Assembly: GCF_036321535.1 (NCBI RefSeq)
Contig: NC_087437.1
Location: forward strand, 10,480,001 to 10,544,000
DNA length: 64,000 nt
Reading direction: 5' to 3'
Origin: Camelus dromedarius
Lineage: Eukaryota
Part shown: positions 62,178-64,000 of the stretch, piece by piece
How the letters are laid out: each line of letters opens with the position of its first letter
How positions within the stretch are numbered: position 1 is the stretch's first letter
The notes under the pieces: model-generated
What the model saw: only the letters and a program-made list of their open reading frames with translations
Told to the model about the DNA's origin: nothing
The model's database searches: none
Made by a program: the position numbers and the translations under genes

Positions 62178-63655
62178 ATTTTTTAATTGTAACAGCTTTA
62201 TTGAGATACAATTTAAAATGTAAAATTCAGTGCTTTTAGTGTATTCACAGAGTTTTATACCCAGAATAGTCAATTACACATTTTGATCAAACAAATCAAT
62301 TTTACATTTTGATCACACTAAAAAGATACACCATACCTTTTATCAATCACTCTTTCCCTCTTTCCCAGTTTTACCACCATGGAGCCCTGGGCAACTATGA
62401 GTCTACTTTCTGTCTCTATAGATTTGCCTCTGGACATTTTGTGTAAATGGAATCATACAATATGTGGTCTTTTGTGACTGTCGGGTTCTTTCATAAAGCA
62501 TAATGTTTTCAGGTTTCAGCTGTATTGTAATGTTCATCAGTGTTTTACTTTTTTTTTTGCCTCTGAATAATATTGCATTGAATGGATATGCTACATTTTA
62601 TTTGTCCATTCACTAGTTCATGGACATTTGGGTTGTTTCCACTCTTTGGTTATTGTGAATACAACTGCTGTGAACGTTTGTGTACGAAGTTTTTTGTGGA
62701 CATTTGTCTTCATTTCTCTTGGATAGATACCTAGGAGTATTGCTGGGTCATATAGTAATTATGTTTAACCTTTGGGGGAGCTGCCAGACTATTCCAAAGC
62801 GGCTGTACCATTTTACCTTCCTACCAGTAGTGTATGAGAATTCCAGTTTCTCCACAACCTTGGCAGTTGTTATTGTCTGTGTTTTTGATGATAGCCATCC
62901 TGGGAGGGGTGAAGAATTATGTCATTGTGGTTTTGATTTGCATTATTCTGTTGAATAATGATGATGATTACCATCTTTTCATATGCTTATTAGAGATTTT
63001 TGTATCTTCTTTGAGGAAATGTGCATTCAAATTCTTTGAGTAGTTTAAAATTGAGTTTTTGTCTTTTTGTTGTTGAATTGTAAGTGTTCTTTATTTATCT
63101 TGAATACAAGTTCCATCAGATATATGGTTTGCAAATATTTTCTTCCATTTTGTGGATAGTGTTTTCACTTTTTTAATAGTGACCTTTGAAGCTTTAAAGT
63201 TTTAAAATTTGATGAAGTCCAATTTTTTTCTTTTGTTGCTTTGTGTATTTAGTATCATTTTAAAGAAACAATTGCCTAACCCAAGAGTAAGATTACACCT
63301 ACATTTTTCTAATAAGAGTTTTTTAGTTTTAGTTTCTGTATTTTGGTCTGTGATCCATTTTGTATGTGGTGTGAGGCAGAGGTCCAACTTCATTGTTCAT
63401 CTTTTGGATACCCAGTTGCTGAAAAGACCATTTCCCCCTACAGTTGTCTTCATATCCTTACTTGAAAAATCAGTGGATCATAAATGTGAAGGTTTATTTC
63501 CGAACTCTTAATTTTATTCCATTGATCCATGTCTGTTCTTAATATAATCTTATCTTAATCTAATCAAGACTATCTACCAGTCTTGATTACTGTACTTTGT
63601 AGTAAGTTTTGAATCAGAAACTGTAAGTCCTCTAACTGATGTACTTTTCATTGTT
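62178..63655 (-). mobile_element. Ancient L1MB-like 3' portion in intron 3
   Basis: 'aacagctttattgagataca', 'ggacatttgggttgtttccac', 'tttgcaaatattttcttccatt'; minus ORF 63202-63393 reads KLDLCLTPHTK-WI. Confidence 0.85.
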
Positions 63656-64000
63656 TTAACTCATTAGTTAAAGCATTCCTGGAAAAGAAGAGGCCGTGAC
63701 TGGCATAAACCTCACCACTGTCTCACCTTTCTGTTGACAAGAGCCATTTAATAGAGGAAAATGTACTTTCCAGATCACAGTAACTGAACCAGCATATAGG
63801 GAAAATGCGTGTGGGGGTTAACATTTTTCAAAGCTATATCATAAAACAGGAAGGCATTGAGATAGAAATTGGGGACAGTGTCTATATAGATGTGATCTCT
63901 ACCAAGAGCTACCAGTGCAAAAATCTTAATTATTATTACTGATTGTTTTCCTTTTTGGTCATTACAGTAATATTTATATAGCATTTTATAGTTTTTAAGG

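Overview
Mammalian nuclear DNA, very probably a camelid: it carries tRNA-derived SINEs of the Vic-1 type and young L1 3' ends of one lineage-specific type. About 41 kb of repeat-rich intergenic sequence precedes the CpG-island promoter and first three exons of UBE2E2 (+ strand; non-coding exon 1, coding exons 47257-47432 and 58211-58261; the gene continues beyond the window). The main signal is a ~3.1-kb ORF1-only, non-autonomous LINE-1 derivative ('half-L1'-like) present twice, at 1-2006 (cut by the window edge) and 54315-57413 (full length, 17-bp target-site duplication (TSD), sense orientation in UBE2E2 intron 2). Both copies share the same junction, which fuses the post-ORF1 spacer to the last ~120 codons of ORF2 and removes the endonuclease, RT and CCHC domains. 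They also share diagnostic substitutions, so the deleted form was itself amplified. Other features: an 18-nt 3' transduction, a twin-priming inversion, a SINE+L1 composite between TSDs, a 119-bp inverted repeat in apparently unique DNA, and templated repair scars. Most short ORFs in the track look like noise. Ancient repeat family names and boundaries were judged by eye and are approximate.
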